In this document: positions 1 to 12,400 of the stretch, piece by piece
Layout of the letters: the number at the start of each line of letters is the position of its first letter
Position numbering within the stretch: position 1 is the stretch's first letter
Assembly: GCA_965652925.1 (NCBI GenBank)
Contig: CBFGXL010000002.1
Coordinates: 4,881-68,880 of the forward strand
Origin: an uncultured bacterium
GTDB lineage: Bacteria; Patescibacteriota; Minisyncoccia; Phycocordibacterales; UBA918
Direction: 5' to 3'
DNA length: 64,000 nt
Program-made: the position numbers and the translations under genes
The notes under the pieces: model-generated
What the model was told of the DNA's origin: nothing
Database searches by the model: none
The model's input: only the letters and a program-made list of their open reading frames with translations

Positions 1-782
1 GGGTCCTGAGGATTCTGCCAAGTCAAAACAACGTCGTTCTCTGTCACTGATGCTTGCAGTCCAAAAACATTCGATGGCGGGATTGTGTCTGGAGCAGACA
101 GAGTTTTGAACGTACCGGAAGAAAGCACATGTCGTTTCCCCTGTCTGTCATACCCGAGAAGCTGATACTCATACACTGTTGCTGGCTCAAGATCAGTGAT
201 GACGGTCTTGTGCTCGCGTTTGAATGGTCCATTTGCAACAAAACCAAGTTCGTAGGAAGTGGTCCTCCCCCAGTGGAGTTCAAACTGAGCATACAGACTC
301 GTCTCCCATGAGACCTCTGCGCTGTATATCTCGGGGACAATATTAAAATCAACAAGATACAAATGAGTTCCACCCCCATCTGAAGATGGGGGTGGCGCAG
401 AAACGCCGGGCGTTGTAGTAGCAACAGCGGTTGAAGAAGATGAGTAATTATAAGATGAGTCGAACGCTGCTACAAAATAGGAATACGTGGTGCTTGCAAT
501 AAGCCCTGTGTCAGAATATGAGGTCAGAGAAGTTGTCGCGATCTGAACTGAATCACGGAATACTTGATACCCCCCAAGAGCCACGTCGTCAGTTGATGCA
601 TTCCATGAAAGATCTATCTGTGAAGAAGCCACAGGCGTTGCAGATAATCCTGTTGGCGTACTTGGAGCATTGATGTCCCCAATAACTTGCTGACCAACAC
701 GGAACTCATCGGTCTGCGCCTGTACAGGACCAGCGATGGTGAGAAAAAATGCAGCAGCAAAAACGAGAGCTTTCATTTTCAT
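1..782 (-). CDS. Partial CDS (5' end inside window, 3' end beyond position 1) for a secreted protein with a signal peptide and at least 2-3 fibronectin type III-like repeats.
   Basis: Reverse-strand translation from the ATG at 782 reads MKMKALVFAAAFFLTIAGPVQAQ... followed by LSATPVASSQIDLSWNASTDDVALGGYQVFRD...TTYSYFVAAFD, a classic FN3 pattern. There is no stop before the window edge, which explains why it is absent from the ORF track. Its start overlaps the upstream gene's stop by 4 bp (ATGA). Confidence 0.6.
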   Translation of the reverse strand, partial: MKMKALVFAAAFFLTIAGPVQAQTDEFRVGQQVIGDINAPSTPTGLSATPVASSQIDLSWNASTDDVALGGYQVFRDSVQIATTSLTSYSDTGLIASTTYSYFVAAFDSSYNYSSSSTAVATTTPGVSAPPPSSDGGGTHLYLVDFNIVPEIYSAEVSWETSLYAQFELHWGRTTSYELGFVANGPFKREHKTVITDLEPATVYEYQLLGYDRQGKRHVLSSGTFKTLSAPDTIPPSNVFGLQASVTENDVVLTWQNPQD

Positions 783-1540
783 AATGAGAGAGCGGTCAGT
801 GTTGTGGTCGCCACATACAGCCCAGGGGCCTGAATGACTGAGCCGCCTACCTCTACGCGGAAGCGAACAGTTGTGGTTGCTCCGGTTGGATGATTGGCAC
901 CAGTATTCGAAGCGATGATCACCGGTGACGTAGAAAGCCCGTCCCAGCATGCAAGTTCTGTGTCTTGCGAACCAGTGTTACACGCTCCTCCGTTATCTCT
1001 AAACCGTGATGTAATATCTATGCCTTCAGGTGTATAACCGAAGTGTGCATCGGCAGACCCAGAGGTGAATGTAAAATCTGGGTCTCCTGCAGGTGTGTAG
1101 TCTGCAATACTATCTGCTCCTTTTTGCATGGCAGGACTGTCTGAAGCAGCTATGGACAAAGAATACCCAGACGGACTGTCCGTTGTTACATTTACCGTAG
1201 CTGAACCATTGGAAGTTCCTCCAGAAATGCCGGGGATAGAGGGTGAAAGGCCTATATCAGATGATGCGCTTATAGCAATATAGACTTCCTGCATCTGCTG
1301 ATAACCGGCTTTGAGACTATAATTTGTGCTCGTGGATACACCGCTTGCTAATTCTCCTGCAGTAGATTCAAGTACATAGTTCGACGATGTTGAGAGACCG
1401 CCTCCGAAGTTGATGCTGTCACTCTGGATCTGATAGTTACTGCTTTGCATCACTTGCGCAATAGAAATGGACAAACTGCTGAATAACAGAACTGTTCCTA
1501 TGCCGGCGTACAGGGCTGATAAAAGAATACCCTTCCCCAT
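779..1540 (-). CDS. Secreted Ser/Thr/Gly-rich protein, paralog of 2620..3312, with a divergent WxL-like C-terminal domain.
   Basis: It has an N-terminal signal/TM segment (MGKGILLSALYAGIGTVLLFSSLSISIAQ). It shares collinear motifs with 2620..3312, including SPSIPGISGGTSNGS, DYTPAGDPDFTFTS, a C-x5-C-W pair, and the C-terminal YVATTTLTALSL, which resembles the WxL-domain end motif (tAtLTWTL). Confidence 0.55.
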   Translation of the reverse strand: MGKGILLSALYAGIGTVLLFSSLSISIAQVMQSSNYQIQSDSINFGGGLSTSSNYVLESTAGELASGVSTSTNYSLKAGYQQMQEVYIAISASSDIGLSPSIPGISGGTSNGSATVNVTTDSPSGYSLSIAASDSPAMQKGADSIADYTPAGDPDFTFTSGSADAHFGYTPEGIDITSRFRDNGGACNTGSQDTELACWDGLSTSPVIIASNTGANHPTGATTTVRFRVEVGGSVIQAPGLYVATTTLTALSL

Positions 1541-1545
1541 AGTAC

Positions 1546-2601
1546 TTACTGAGACTTACGTTTAAATTCAAAATTCTTTGCGAAGAAACGGACCAGGAAG
1601 AAGAGGACAAAGAGGACAACAAATACCGGGACAATAACCATCCATGGGAAGACCCAAAATGTTATCGTTTTCGTGTCGATCACATCATCGTACCCTCTAT
1701 TGATATGTGCTGTTGCGGTATATTTGCCGACGAGCAATTCCCTGCTCCATGAGACTTCTCGGGCACGCAGTGACTGAGGCAAAGAAAACCATGGATCAAG
1801 CTCTATAACCCCCACTTCCTCCCCAAGGAGATTGGTGATGCGGATTTCTCCGTATGGGTTAAGGTGTATATCACCCTTATTCTCATAGAGCACCTGGAAG
1901 TTGATTGGCCCTTCTGTAAAAAAAGATCTGTTTGGGATTGTCGCAAAGTCCTGCAGGATTCCTTCTGTTGCGATATCACCCGGCACCGTTACAAAGAAGA
2001 GTGTCCCCACTCTCGAGACAACCGCAGAGGCGGCTGAAGCACCAGACTGGTCCGCCACACCTGCTTCTTTTGAGACCGTAGTCACAAGAAGACTTCCGTA
2101 TCGTCCTCCCGCCTCCGCATCAGCAGGTATCGAGACAGTAACAGGAATACGTGCACGCTCATTATGCTCAAGATCAATGCTTGTATGCGGATATGAGATG
2201 TAGTCTCGGAGTGTATACGGACCACGATCATCCCCAAGAAGTACTACTGGCGTATTGGTGTTATATGAACCTTCAGCATCCTCAACTTCAAAATTGAATT
2301 GGCGCAGCTCACCCGTGCGGTTGGTCACCATGAGCTCTACAGTTTTTGACTGACCAGGTTCGATCACGAGTTCTGCTTTTCCTGGACCGACAACAAAATC
2401 TCCAGGAACAGAATCCGATGGAGAATCGAGAACTTCAGTTGTGTAGCCCAAAGGGGCACTTGAAGTTTGGTTGGCTGTTCCGCTTTCTGCACCTTCTTGA
2501 GAAAAAACGTTTTGGGGCAAAAGCATCACTCCAAGAAAGAGAAAGACTACCGCACAAACACGAGCGGTAGTCCTCTTCAGAAGTGTAGCTGAGTCATTCA
2601 T
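1546..2601 (-). CDS. Cell-surface protein with an N-terminal signal peptide and a C-terminal TM anchor plus a basic tail (DUF916/DUF3324-like architecture).
   Basis: The N-terminus is a hydrophobic signal (AVVFLFLGVMLLPQNVFSQ). The C-terminus is VFPWMVIVPVFVVLFVLFFLVRFFAKNFEFKRKSQ. It sits between two WxL-like genes, matching the arrangement of Gram-positive csc/WxL loci. Confidence 0.55.
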   Translation of the reverse strand: MNDSATLLKRTTARVCAVVFLFLGVMLLPQNVFSQEGAESGTANQTSSAPLGYTTEVLDSPSDSVPGDFVVGPGKAELVIEPGQSKTVELMVTNRTGELRQFNFEVEDAEGSYNTNTPVVLLGDDRGPYTLRDYISYPHTSIDLEHNERARIPVTVSIPADAEAGGRYGSLLVTTVSKEAGVADQSGASAASAVVSRVGTLFFVTVPGDIATEGILQDFATIPNRSFFTEGPINFQVLYENKGDIHLNPYGEIRITNLLGEEVGVIELDPWFSLPQSLRAREVSWSRELLVGKYTATAHINRGYDDVIDTKTITFWVFPWMVIVPVFVVLFVLFFLVRFFAKNFEFKRKSQ

Positions 2602-2619
2602 TATTTGAATGATTTTAAG

Positions 2620-3312
2620 CTAGTTGGTGGTAGCGGTCAACGTAGCAGTTGCAGTGTACGTGCCTGTCTGTATAGCTGGGCTTGGATTACTTGGTATGTT
2701 GACGCGGAACTGGATAGTGGTCGTTGCCCCCGATGCGGCGGTCGAAGTTGTCCTGTTTATGATAGTTTCTGCTGCATCATCAGGGTCCATCCAACACGTT
2801 CCAGAACCATCCGTTGCACCTGTCGCACAGGTATTTGACCCGTTATCAAGAAACGACGCATCGAGGTCAGCCGATGAGGAGGCAGTTACGGTGTATCCAA
2901 ACTGTGCGAATGTATCGCTGGTGAAGGTATAGTCTGGCGTACCATCAGCTGCTGGTGCGTAGTTGCTTATATAACCACCACCGCCATCGCGGATCATTGC
3001 AGTTGTGCTTGAGAAGGCAATGGTCATGTTATAGCCCGCCGCATTGTTGGTACGGACCCGTACAGCATACGAACCATTTGAAGTACCTCCTGTGATACCT
3101 GCAAGTGAAGGACTCATCGTCACATCACTTGAAGTTGCCACAAATGAGATCTCCTCAGTGACTGTCTGAGTGACTTCAAACTCATCAGTGTCAACCGCCG
3201 CTCTTCCCACAACCGGTTCGAGCATGAGAAATGATCCTGCTGCAAGCAACAGCATGAGCGTTGTTGCAGTGAGCGAACTCAGCAGCGAAGTCCTAATATT
3301 TGTAATGGTCAT
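2620..3312 (-). CDS. Secreted Thr/Ser-rich protein, paralog of 779..1540, with a WxL-like C-terminal domain (W positions substituted).
   Basis: It has a signal peptide (LLSSLTATTLMLLLAAGSFLMLEP), a collinear alignment to 779..1540, and the C-terminal YTATATLTATTN. Confidence 0.55.
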   Translation of the reverse strand: MTITNIRTSLLSSLTATTLMLLLAAGSFLMLEPVVGRAAVDTDEFEVTQTVTEEISFVATSSDVTMSPSLAGITGGTSNGSYAVRVRTNNAAGYNMTIAFSSTTAMIRDGGGGYISNYAPAADGTPDYTFTSDTFAQFGYTVTASSSADLDASFLDNGSNTCATGATDGSGTCWMDPDDAAETIINRTTSTAASGATTTIQFRVNIPSNPSPAIQTGTYTATATLTATTN

Positions 3313-3426
3313 ACGTTGTAAATTATGTGTGTTTGTTAATTACTTCTACTATTATCTCTTAATTTTCCTAGACTTTTTGATCGAACGAAGGGCTTCTGTG
3401 GATTACTTTTGCTTTGTCAAATAAGG

Positions 3427-6400
3427 CTAAATCTCTCCTCCTCCACCCCCGCCGCCGCCTCCTGCCTGGGTGTAGGGCCGCACTTGGATGGCATCAACCC
3501 GGACAGTGTTCTGATCGGGTTGTCCGATAACCCGCACTACGAAGTTTGCATCACCCAGTTCAGCAGGCGTCCATCCTCTTCCCCATGTGTCGGACGGTCC
3601 GCCGAGCGTGTAGACCGCGTCAGATCCCGTTAAGACTGAGGTTGCTTTGGTTGCAGTAACAGAACTGTCTCCATTCCATGAAAGCGCAACCTGGATAGTA
3701 CCCGCGCCAGTAGAACCAGATGCCTCGAGTTTTACTTCTATACCCTGTACGGTATTGCCGCCCGGCACATTGAATCCAAAGAGGCTATAGGATTGGCGCA
3801 GGTTTGTAGATGCTGCTGTTGCATAGACTCCGTCGGAAGAAAGAGCATTGCTTCCTCCTGTCCACTCGCTATAGAGCTCTCCAGTTGCGCTTGGAGCCTC
3901 AAAGCCTGGTTCGTTGCCAATCTCTTCCCCATTGTCTTCCTCTCCTACCCCGCCGCCGCCTTGGCTTCCGCCGCCGCCGACGTCTCCATCGCCTTCGGGC
4001 GCCTCACCTCCCACTTCGGCCGCATGCAAAGCTCCGCTTCCATTGTTTCCTCCGCGGATATGCTGCACGCTTGAGACAGACCCGAGTGGAACGATGGCCC
4101 CAGCGGTAGTAGCTCCGGTGCCAGACAAACCGGTAGTTGGCAAACTGATAGTTACATATTCATTAGTGAGTACTCCCGACACGTCGCTTGTAAGGATGTA
4201 GTCTTTGGTTGTGGTTGCACTCCATGATGTTGAGAATGTGACCGTTCCTGATTGTTCTGTAACCGAGATCTCTCCTGCCCCACCAATCTGGTTGTCCCCT
4301 GCATCTACAGACCCGTCGCTGTTGTTGTCGCGATACAGCCTCAAGTCTGAAAGGTTGCTGCTGTCTATGCGGCGGATGCCGGAGAGCGCGAACGCCGCCG
4401 ATGAGATAGTCGCATTCTCTCCTTCAGGTGCAAGCCTGAAAGTATAGAGCGGCACATCGCTCTGGTTCTGATAGCTGAATTCATTTTCCACCTGTCCCGC
4501 TGTATGTTCAGAAAGCGTTGCTGCGCCGTGAATGGCAATTGTTTTATCGTCGGTTGCGGTTATCTGCGCGACAGAACTACCTGGCGCAGTCATGACGCGG
4601 TTGGTGCCGCTATTGGCAACTGCTACGAGTGTTCCTGTTTCATAAAGATCACTTGCGTATGTGATCGAAGACCACTGATTTGCTTCAGCGGCTGTACGCA
4701 CAGTCCAGTTATTACCATCGGGTGAGGTCATAACATAGTCACTACCGCTTCCCACAGCAACAAAGAGATCGGATGCGTATACTACTGAGGCCCATGAGTC
4801 ATTATCACCAGCCGCCGAACGTGCGGTCCAGTTAATACCATCGGGGGAGGTCATGACGCGATCGCTACCGCTTCCCACAGCGACAAAGAGACCGTTGCCG
4901 TAAGTGACGCTCGTCCACCAGTCATTATCACCAGCAGCAGAACGTGGGGTCCACGTTGTACCGTCAGGAGAAGTAATAACACGGGTGTTTCCACTACCGA
5001 CTGCGACAAAGAGACCGTTGCCGTAAGTGACCGACTGCCAGTTACCTGAGACGGCTTGTGCGCTCCAAGTGATGCCATCATCTGAGCTCATGACCGACGC
5101 ATTAGTTCCACAACCATTATCGTATCCGCCGCAGCCAACTGCCACGAATTTGCCTGAACCATAAGTAACCTCTGACCATATTTGATCAGTGGCAACTGAA
5201 CGTGCAGTCCACGTGATGCCATCCGGAGAGGTCATGATCGGATCATCGCTACCTCCTGTACTCACCGCCACAAAGATACCTTCTCCATACGTTATGGAGG
5301 ACCAGGAATCATTATCACCAGCAGCCGAACGTGCGGTCCAGTTAGAACCGTCAGAGCTTGTCATGACGCGGTTGGTTCCGTTTTCGGCAACAGCAACGAG
5401 TAGTTCACTTTCGTAAGCGACTGAACTCCACGAGTTTGCTTGTGCAGCGGAGTGGGCAGTCCAGGCAGAACCTCCATCTTCTCCAGCACTCTCTGTAATT
5501 AGGACAAGTGTACTCGTTGCGGTGTTGACCGTTCCAAACTGCACGAATGAAAGTCCTGAGATAGTGAGAGTATCACTCCCAACGAAATCGTTAGAGACCG
5601 GAACAACAAGCGTCGCCCCACCATTCTCATACGAGACCGGATTTGCAACCTTGCCTGAAGCAGTGCCTCCGAAGGTAGCAGTGGTATCTGTAGTGTCCCA
5701 CAACATATCGGTTGCAGAAGTATCGATCTTAATGCGGAGGTCATTTGCTGCAGTAATTGCTGGGGTCTCCCCGTCCGTGATGGTTATGGTCGCTATTGTT
5801 GTAGTAGCTTGACCGTACCCAAAGACCTGGTTTGAAGCTGAGGAGATGGTTCCCGGCACGGGCTCACCCCCAGTAATATCCCAGCAGGTGTTATTGCCGC
5901 TGTCGGTAGAATCAGTTGCGGTTATGTTCGGGTTCCCTGAGCAGGCGTTTGAATCCTGTACGTCAACATAGGTCACCGAGATCGGGGTGGTGACATCAAG
6001 TCCCCACTGTGTCCCTTCTTTTGATGAGCGGAGTATCGCCTCACCCCCTTCTTCCCCATCAATTCTCAGAGAAGCAAAGGTTGAAGTAGCATATGCTGGA
6101 AACTCAAACGTCACCCCAGGGGTCTGTGAAATAAATTTTGATGCTTCCACGGGAGTTGAGAACCGGATGGTCCCATCCACACGAGATCCGCTGTTCGAAA
6201 TCATGACCCTGTTGCTCCCTGCTTCGATGTCGCCGACCGCCACAAACGTGCCATTGCCATAGGTGACCGAGAACCAATCATTAGCCTCCGCAGCGGCCCG
6301 CGCAGTCCACGTGATGCCGTCAGGCGAGGTCATGACGCGATTGGTGCCTGTGTCCGCAACCGCAACAAACAGACCATCGCCATAAGTAATCGCGAACCAG

Positions 6401-9400
6401 CCGCTTGCCTCCGCAGCTGCGCGGGCGGTCCACGTGATGCCGTCGGGTGAGGTCATGACGCGATTGGTGCCTGTGTGTGCTACCGCCACAAACGTGCTAT
6501 TACCATAGGCGACCGAGAACCAATCATTAGCCTCCGCAGCTGCGCGGGCGGTCCACGTGATGCCGTCGGGTGAGGTCATGACGCGATTGGTGCCGTCAGA
6601 GGCGACCGCTACAAACAGACCTTCACCATACGTGACTGATACCCACGAGTTAGCTTCCGCGGCAGAACGGGCGGTCCACGTGATGCCGTCGGGTGAAGTC
6701 ATGACACGGTTGGTCCCGTCAAAGGCGACCGCTACAAACAGACCTTCACCATACGTGACTGATATCCACGAGTTAGCTTCCGCGGCAGAACGGGCGGTCC
6801 ACGTGATGCCGTCGGGTGAGGTCATGACGCGATTGGTGCCATCTTGAGAAACGGCAACAAAGGTTCCATTGCCATAGGTAACACCGAGCCACGTCTGATT
6901 ATTGCCTGGAGTACTTCGTGCGGTCCACGTGATGCCGTCGGGTGAGGTGATGATTTGGTCATCTCCATCATACGCAACTGCAACAAAGAGACCTTCCCCG
7001 TAGGTGACTGAATACCAGCCTTGTGTTGACACGTTACTGCTTGTCCATGTTGTTCCTCCTTCAGCATTTGATCCGGAGGAAACCTTGACCACAAGATTGT
7101 TAAATGCCGAATCAGAGCTTAAAGCGCCGGTGAGCGTCTGGTCATTACCTGTAAGAGTAGTTGTCCCTGTTCCCCAGTCAATTGTTCCGTCATTGGTGTA
7201 ATCCCCTGCAATCGACATCAGCGCCGGCGCGTCGACCGTGGTCGATGCAGTGATGGTGAGGTCGCTTGTTGAAGCGTTGTTCTCAAAGACAACACCTCCT
7301 GCAAGACTGCCGCTGTTGGAGGTCATGACACGGTTGGTGCCAGTATCGGATACAGCTACAAGCATTCCATTCCCATATACCACCTCCATCCATCGATTTG
7401 CTTCTGTAGCAGGCGTACCTGTCCACGTGATGCCGTCGGGTGAGGTCATGACTCGGTTCCCTCCTGCTGTAGTGTTGCAGCTAGCGTTGCCGATTCCGCA
7501 TGCAACCGCGACAAACGTATGGCCCGTATGAGTGACCGACTCCCAGTTGTCGGCAGGCGCCGTTCGCTCGGTCCAGGTGATGCCATCGGGTGAGGTCATC
7601 GCAAGCGCAGTTCCATTTCCTACTGCAACAAAGAGTCCTTCGGCGTAGACAATACCGTGCCAAGACGACTGCGTCACAAGGGGCGTCCTTGTGGTCCACG
7701 TGATGCCATCGGGTGAGGTCATGATCGTACCATCCCATGATAAAGCCACAAAGAGGCTGTTGCCGTAGGTGACTACACTCCACTGGCTTGCCTGGGCTGC
7801 AGTTCTATTGGTCCACGTGATGCCGTCAGGAGAGGTCATGACGCGGTTGGTGCCGTCAACTGAAACGGCTACGAACATATCATTTCCAAATGCTACGCTA
7901 TACCACGAGTTAGCCTGTGAGGCGGTTCGTGCGGTCCAGGTGATTCCATCAGGCGAGGTCATCACGCGGTTGGTACCGCTTTCTGCTACTGCAACAAAGA
8001 TGCCATTGCCATATGTGACGGAGTTCCACCCAGCGGACTCGTCCGCAGACGTCCGAGCGGTCCATGTGATGCCGTCGGGAGAGGTCATTACATTATTTGT
8101 GCCTCCATTAGATACCGCAACAAAGAGTCCCTCGCCGTAGACAAGACCCTGCCACGAATTATTGGTAGCTGCACTGCGCGCGGTCCACGTGATGCCGTCC
8201 AGAGCAAGAGTCTGCGGACTATCAAGCGTCAGATCGTTGAACGCCGAAGTGCCGGTCATGTTGCCAGAGAGCGTGGTGGTACCTGTGTATACCGTTGATT
8301 CATCGTAATCAAGAGAATACGGAAACACTGTGTCTGCAGCCGCACCATATATGTATACTTTCGAGCCATCCGCATTGAACTCGATGCTGCATACGGAACT
8401 CTCCTGTGCAGATACCGATTCACCTGCTCCGTCGTATGTTGCAGTAGTTATGTCCCATGGCGTTCCGAGCGTGTACGGGAAAATGGTGTTTGAACCTGTT
8501 CCCACAACATACATCTTGGTACCATCGTCCTTAAGATGCACATCCTGCACAGCACTTTCCTGTCCGCTTATCAGGAAGGACTTGCTGTCATAGGTCGCGC
8601 TGCTGATGACCCATGGAGTTCCGAGCGTATATGAGTATATGCGATTGTTGCTGTCCCCGGATATATACATGCGAGTTCCATCCTCTGTAATGTGCATTCC
8701 GAATGGACTGACATCCTGAGCAATAGAGAAGGACGAGCTGTCATAGCTGGCTGTGGTGACATCCCATGGAGTTCCGAGCGTATAGGAGAATACAGCGTCA
8801 TTCTCTGAACCGAGCATGTACATCTTGGTGCCATCGGTCTTGAATGACACCTTCTCAACCCACTGGTCTTGAGCCAGGATACTGAAGGATTTGTTGTCAT
8901 ACACAGCTGTTGTGACGTCCCACGGGGTTGAAAGAGTGTACGAATACACCGTATCCATGTTGTACCCCGCTACGAACATCCGAGTGCCATCGGGACTGAA
9001 AGCAAGGCTTGTGATGTTATTCTCTTCGCTTGCAGTGGACTTCCCTGCGCCATCGTATACAGCAGTGGTGACGTCCCAGCCGCCGGTTACGGTGGTTGAA
9101 GCAGTAGTGGTTCCATTGATATACACAATGCCTGAGCCGCTGTTGAACGTGCCGCTGTTAGTGTAATCCCCCGTTATGGTCAAGGCGCTTGGGGCAGCCA
9201 CTGTAGAGCCCGAAGCGATCGAAAGATCGCTTGTGCTTGCATTGTCGCTGAAGGTCTTGGTGCTGTTGCCGGAGAAATAGACATCATTGAAAGCGCTCGT
9301 GCTTGCCATGTTCCCCTGGAGTGTTTGGGCCGTTGAGCCGGTGAAGTACACCGCTCCGCCGTTGTGTGTGAAGGTACCGTCGTTGGTATAGTCATCGGCA

Positions 9401-12400
9401 ATCGACAGCAGAGCAGGAGCAACAACCGTGGTCGAAGCGCTTCCGATAGTGAGATCGGTTGTTGAAGCATTGTCAGCAAAAGTGACCATGTTCTCGTACG
9501 AACCATCGCTTGAGACCAGAACCTGGTTTGTTCCGTCGGTACTTACGCCTACAAACTTACCTTCTCCATAGGTCAGGGACCTGAAGAAGTTCGTGTTTGG
9601 CGCGGTCTGTTCGGTCCAGGTGATGCCATCTTCTGAGGTCATGATATAGGTGCTTCCGGTTAATATATCGCCCAAAGATGCAAAGATACCTCCTCCATAG
9701 GCAAGTCCGTACCAGTCACTATTGCCAGGTGTAGTCCTTGCAGTCCACGTGATGCCGTCAGGCGAGGTCATCGCAGTATCGGTCTCACTGACCGCGACGA
9801 ATATACCTTCCCCGTAGACCACCCTCTGCCAGCCGGATGCGCTTGATGCACTACGAGAGGTCCAGGTGATGCCGTCTTGTGAGGTCATGACGCGGTTGGT
9901 TCCCGTATCGGAAACTGCAACATAGGTTCCATTACCGTACGTTATACCCATCCAATCATTTGCCTCTGCAGCTGTTCTGCCGGTCCACGTGATGCCGTCA
10001 GGCGAGGTCATAACGCGGCTGGTGCCGCTATACGCCACCGCAACGAATTGACCATTGCCGTAGGTGATTTCTCTCCATGTAGAGCTTTCGTCACCGGAGG
10101 TTCGCGCAGTCCACGTGATGCCGTCGGGCGAGGTCATGACGCGGCTGGTACCGGTGTTCGCAACAGCCACGAAGAGGCCGCCGCCGTACGTAACCGCTTG
10201 CCACGAATTTCCTACAGCTGGGGTGCGGCTGGTCCAGGTGATACCGACGGGTGAAGACATGACGTCTCCATCCCAGGAGACTGCGACGAAGGTCCCATTG
10301 CCATACGCAACGCCGCTCCACTGCGAGGACGCTGACGCACTTTCCTCTTCCCAGACAGCTGCTGTGTTAGCTAATTCTCCCGTTGAAGTGGCAGTAAGGT
10401 TCCCAAGCGCAGAGTTTCCGGTGAGATTACCCGAAAGGCTGCTGTTCCCTTCGATTACCATTGTGCCATCGTTGTGGTCGAACTCGCCGTTGTTCGTATA
10501 GTTGCCTTCAACCGTGATCGTCCCCGAAGGCGCAGTGACCGTCGCTGTTGCACCAATGGTCAAATCCCCCATCGCAACATCATTCGTGAAAGAAACCGTG
10601 CTGTCATCGGCGGTAATAGTGAAGTCGGCAAAAGTTGTCTCTCCGCTTCCGGTAAAATCCTTATCCGTGTCTGGAGTGCCGCCTCCTTCTGTGCCGGTGG
10701 TGAACTGGAAAACGTCCTGCTCATCAAAGCCGTACATGTACATTTTCACTCCATCGTTCCCAAAGGCAACCTGCATCGGGGAGAATTCAGTGAATGATTC
10801 TGCGCCGAAATCGAATGTCTCACCGCTGACAAGGACCGCTGTAGAGATATCCCACGCAGTGCTGAGCGCATATTCATACATGGCGGACGTAGAGTGGCCT
10901 ACCATGTACATATACATTCCGTCACTGGTGAAATGAATGCCTGTGGGGGTAGTATCCTGCGATGCAACAGAGAATGTCTGGGAAAAGACACCAGTAGAGA
11001 CATCCCATGCGACACTGAGGTTATATTGATGGACCGCATCACTGTTGCCTCCCACCACATACATCTTGGTTCCGTCAGAACTGAATTCCACTCCGTATGG
11101 GTTCGTTTCTTTTCCGCTTACGTCCAAGTAGTCAGTATATGAGGCTGAAGAGACATCCCACGGTGTGGACACAGCATATTCACCCACAGCCGCAGCGCCA
11201 TCTGCAGTTATGTAGAACTTCGTACCGGTATCATTGAAATAGAGGTCTCCAGCAAAGTCTTCCTGCGCCGCCACGCTAAAGGTATTGACCTGCGAAGCTG
11301 TTGAGAGGTCCCAGGCGCTACTGAGCGTGAACTCGCGAACGATGTCTGTTGACCAGCCGAAGGTGTACATCTTCAGTCCGTCTGAACGGAAATGGAGTCC
11401 TGCAGGTCCTGTGTCGGCAATACTTTCCAAGACACTGTCATAAGTTGCTCCGGCCACATCATAACCGACGGTATTGTTCTCAAGATCAATGGTCGTTGCT
11501 CCTGAGGCCTGCGTGAAAGTGCCGTTGTTAGTAAAGTCAGAATTGAGTGTAAGCGCGTCTGGAGCAGCCACTGTTGAGCTCGCAGTGATCGTGAATGCTC
11601 CATTCACTACTGCATCAGCAGTGAAGGTCTGTGTGGTATCTGCATAGGACCCGCTCTCTGAGGTCATGACGCGGTTAGTGCCTCCGTACGAAACTGCTAC
11701 AAAAGTATCTTTTCCGAAGGTAACAGAATTCCAGAATGTAGACTCAGCTGCGCTTCGTGCAGTCCAGGTGATGCCGTCGGGCGAGGTCATCACGCGATTG
11801 GTACCGCTCTCCGCAACGGCAACAAAGAGGCCATTGCCGTAGGTAACTGAAGTCCACGCATTTGCTTCAGCTGCTGTGCGCGCGGTCCAGGTGATGCCAT
11901 CAGGGGAGGTCATCACTTGATCCGTACCGCTTGTTGCAACAACCACAAATGTTCCCTCTCCGTGGGTAATTGAATACCACTGATGATCCCCCGCATCTGT
12001 TCGCGCGGTCCAGGTGATGCCGTCAGGACTTGTCATGACACGGTTCGTTCCATTATTTGAAACGGCTACGAAAAGGTCTTCAGCATATATAACTGAAGTC
12101 CAAGCGTTCGCTTCTGCAGCGCTTCGCGCGGTCCAGGTGATGCCGTCAGGACTTGTCATGACACGGTCAGTTCCACTTCCCACAGCAACAAAGAGGCCAT
12201 TGCCGTAAGTGACGCTGTACCACGTATCATCATTGCCTGCAGCCGAACGAGGAGTCCAATTGACCCCGTCAGACGAGGTCATAACACGATTCGTTCCCGT
12301 TTGAGCAACGGCTACGAAAAGACCATTGCCGTAAGTGACGCTGTACCAGTTATTTGCTTCAGCCTCAGCTCGAGCTGTCCACGTGATGCCGTCAGACGAG

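Noticed and set aside
6557-6847. Plus-strand ORFs with a repeated …AAERAVHVMPSGEVMTRLVPS… motif. The same applies to 5189..5416, 7238..7531, 7769..8140, 10064..10501, 12014..12208 and 13004..13384.
   Set aside because: These are antisense shadows of the 123-bp BNR tandem repeats in the 3833-aa gene. They repeat only because the sense strand repeats.
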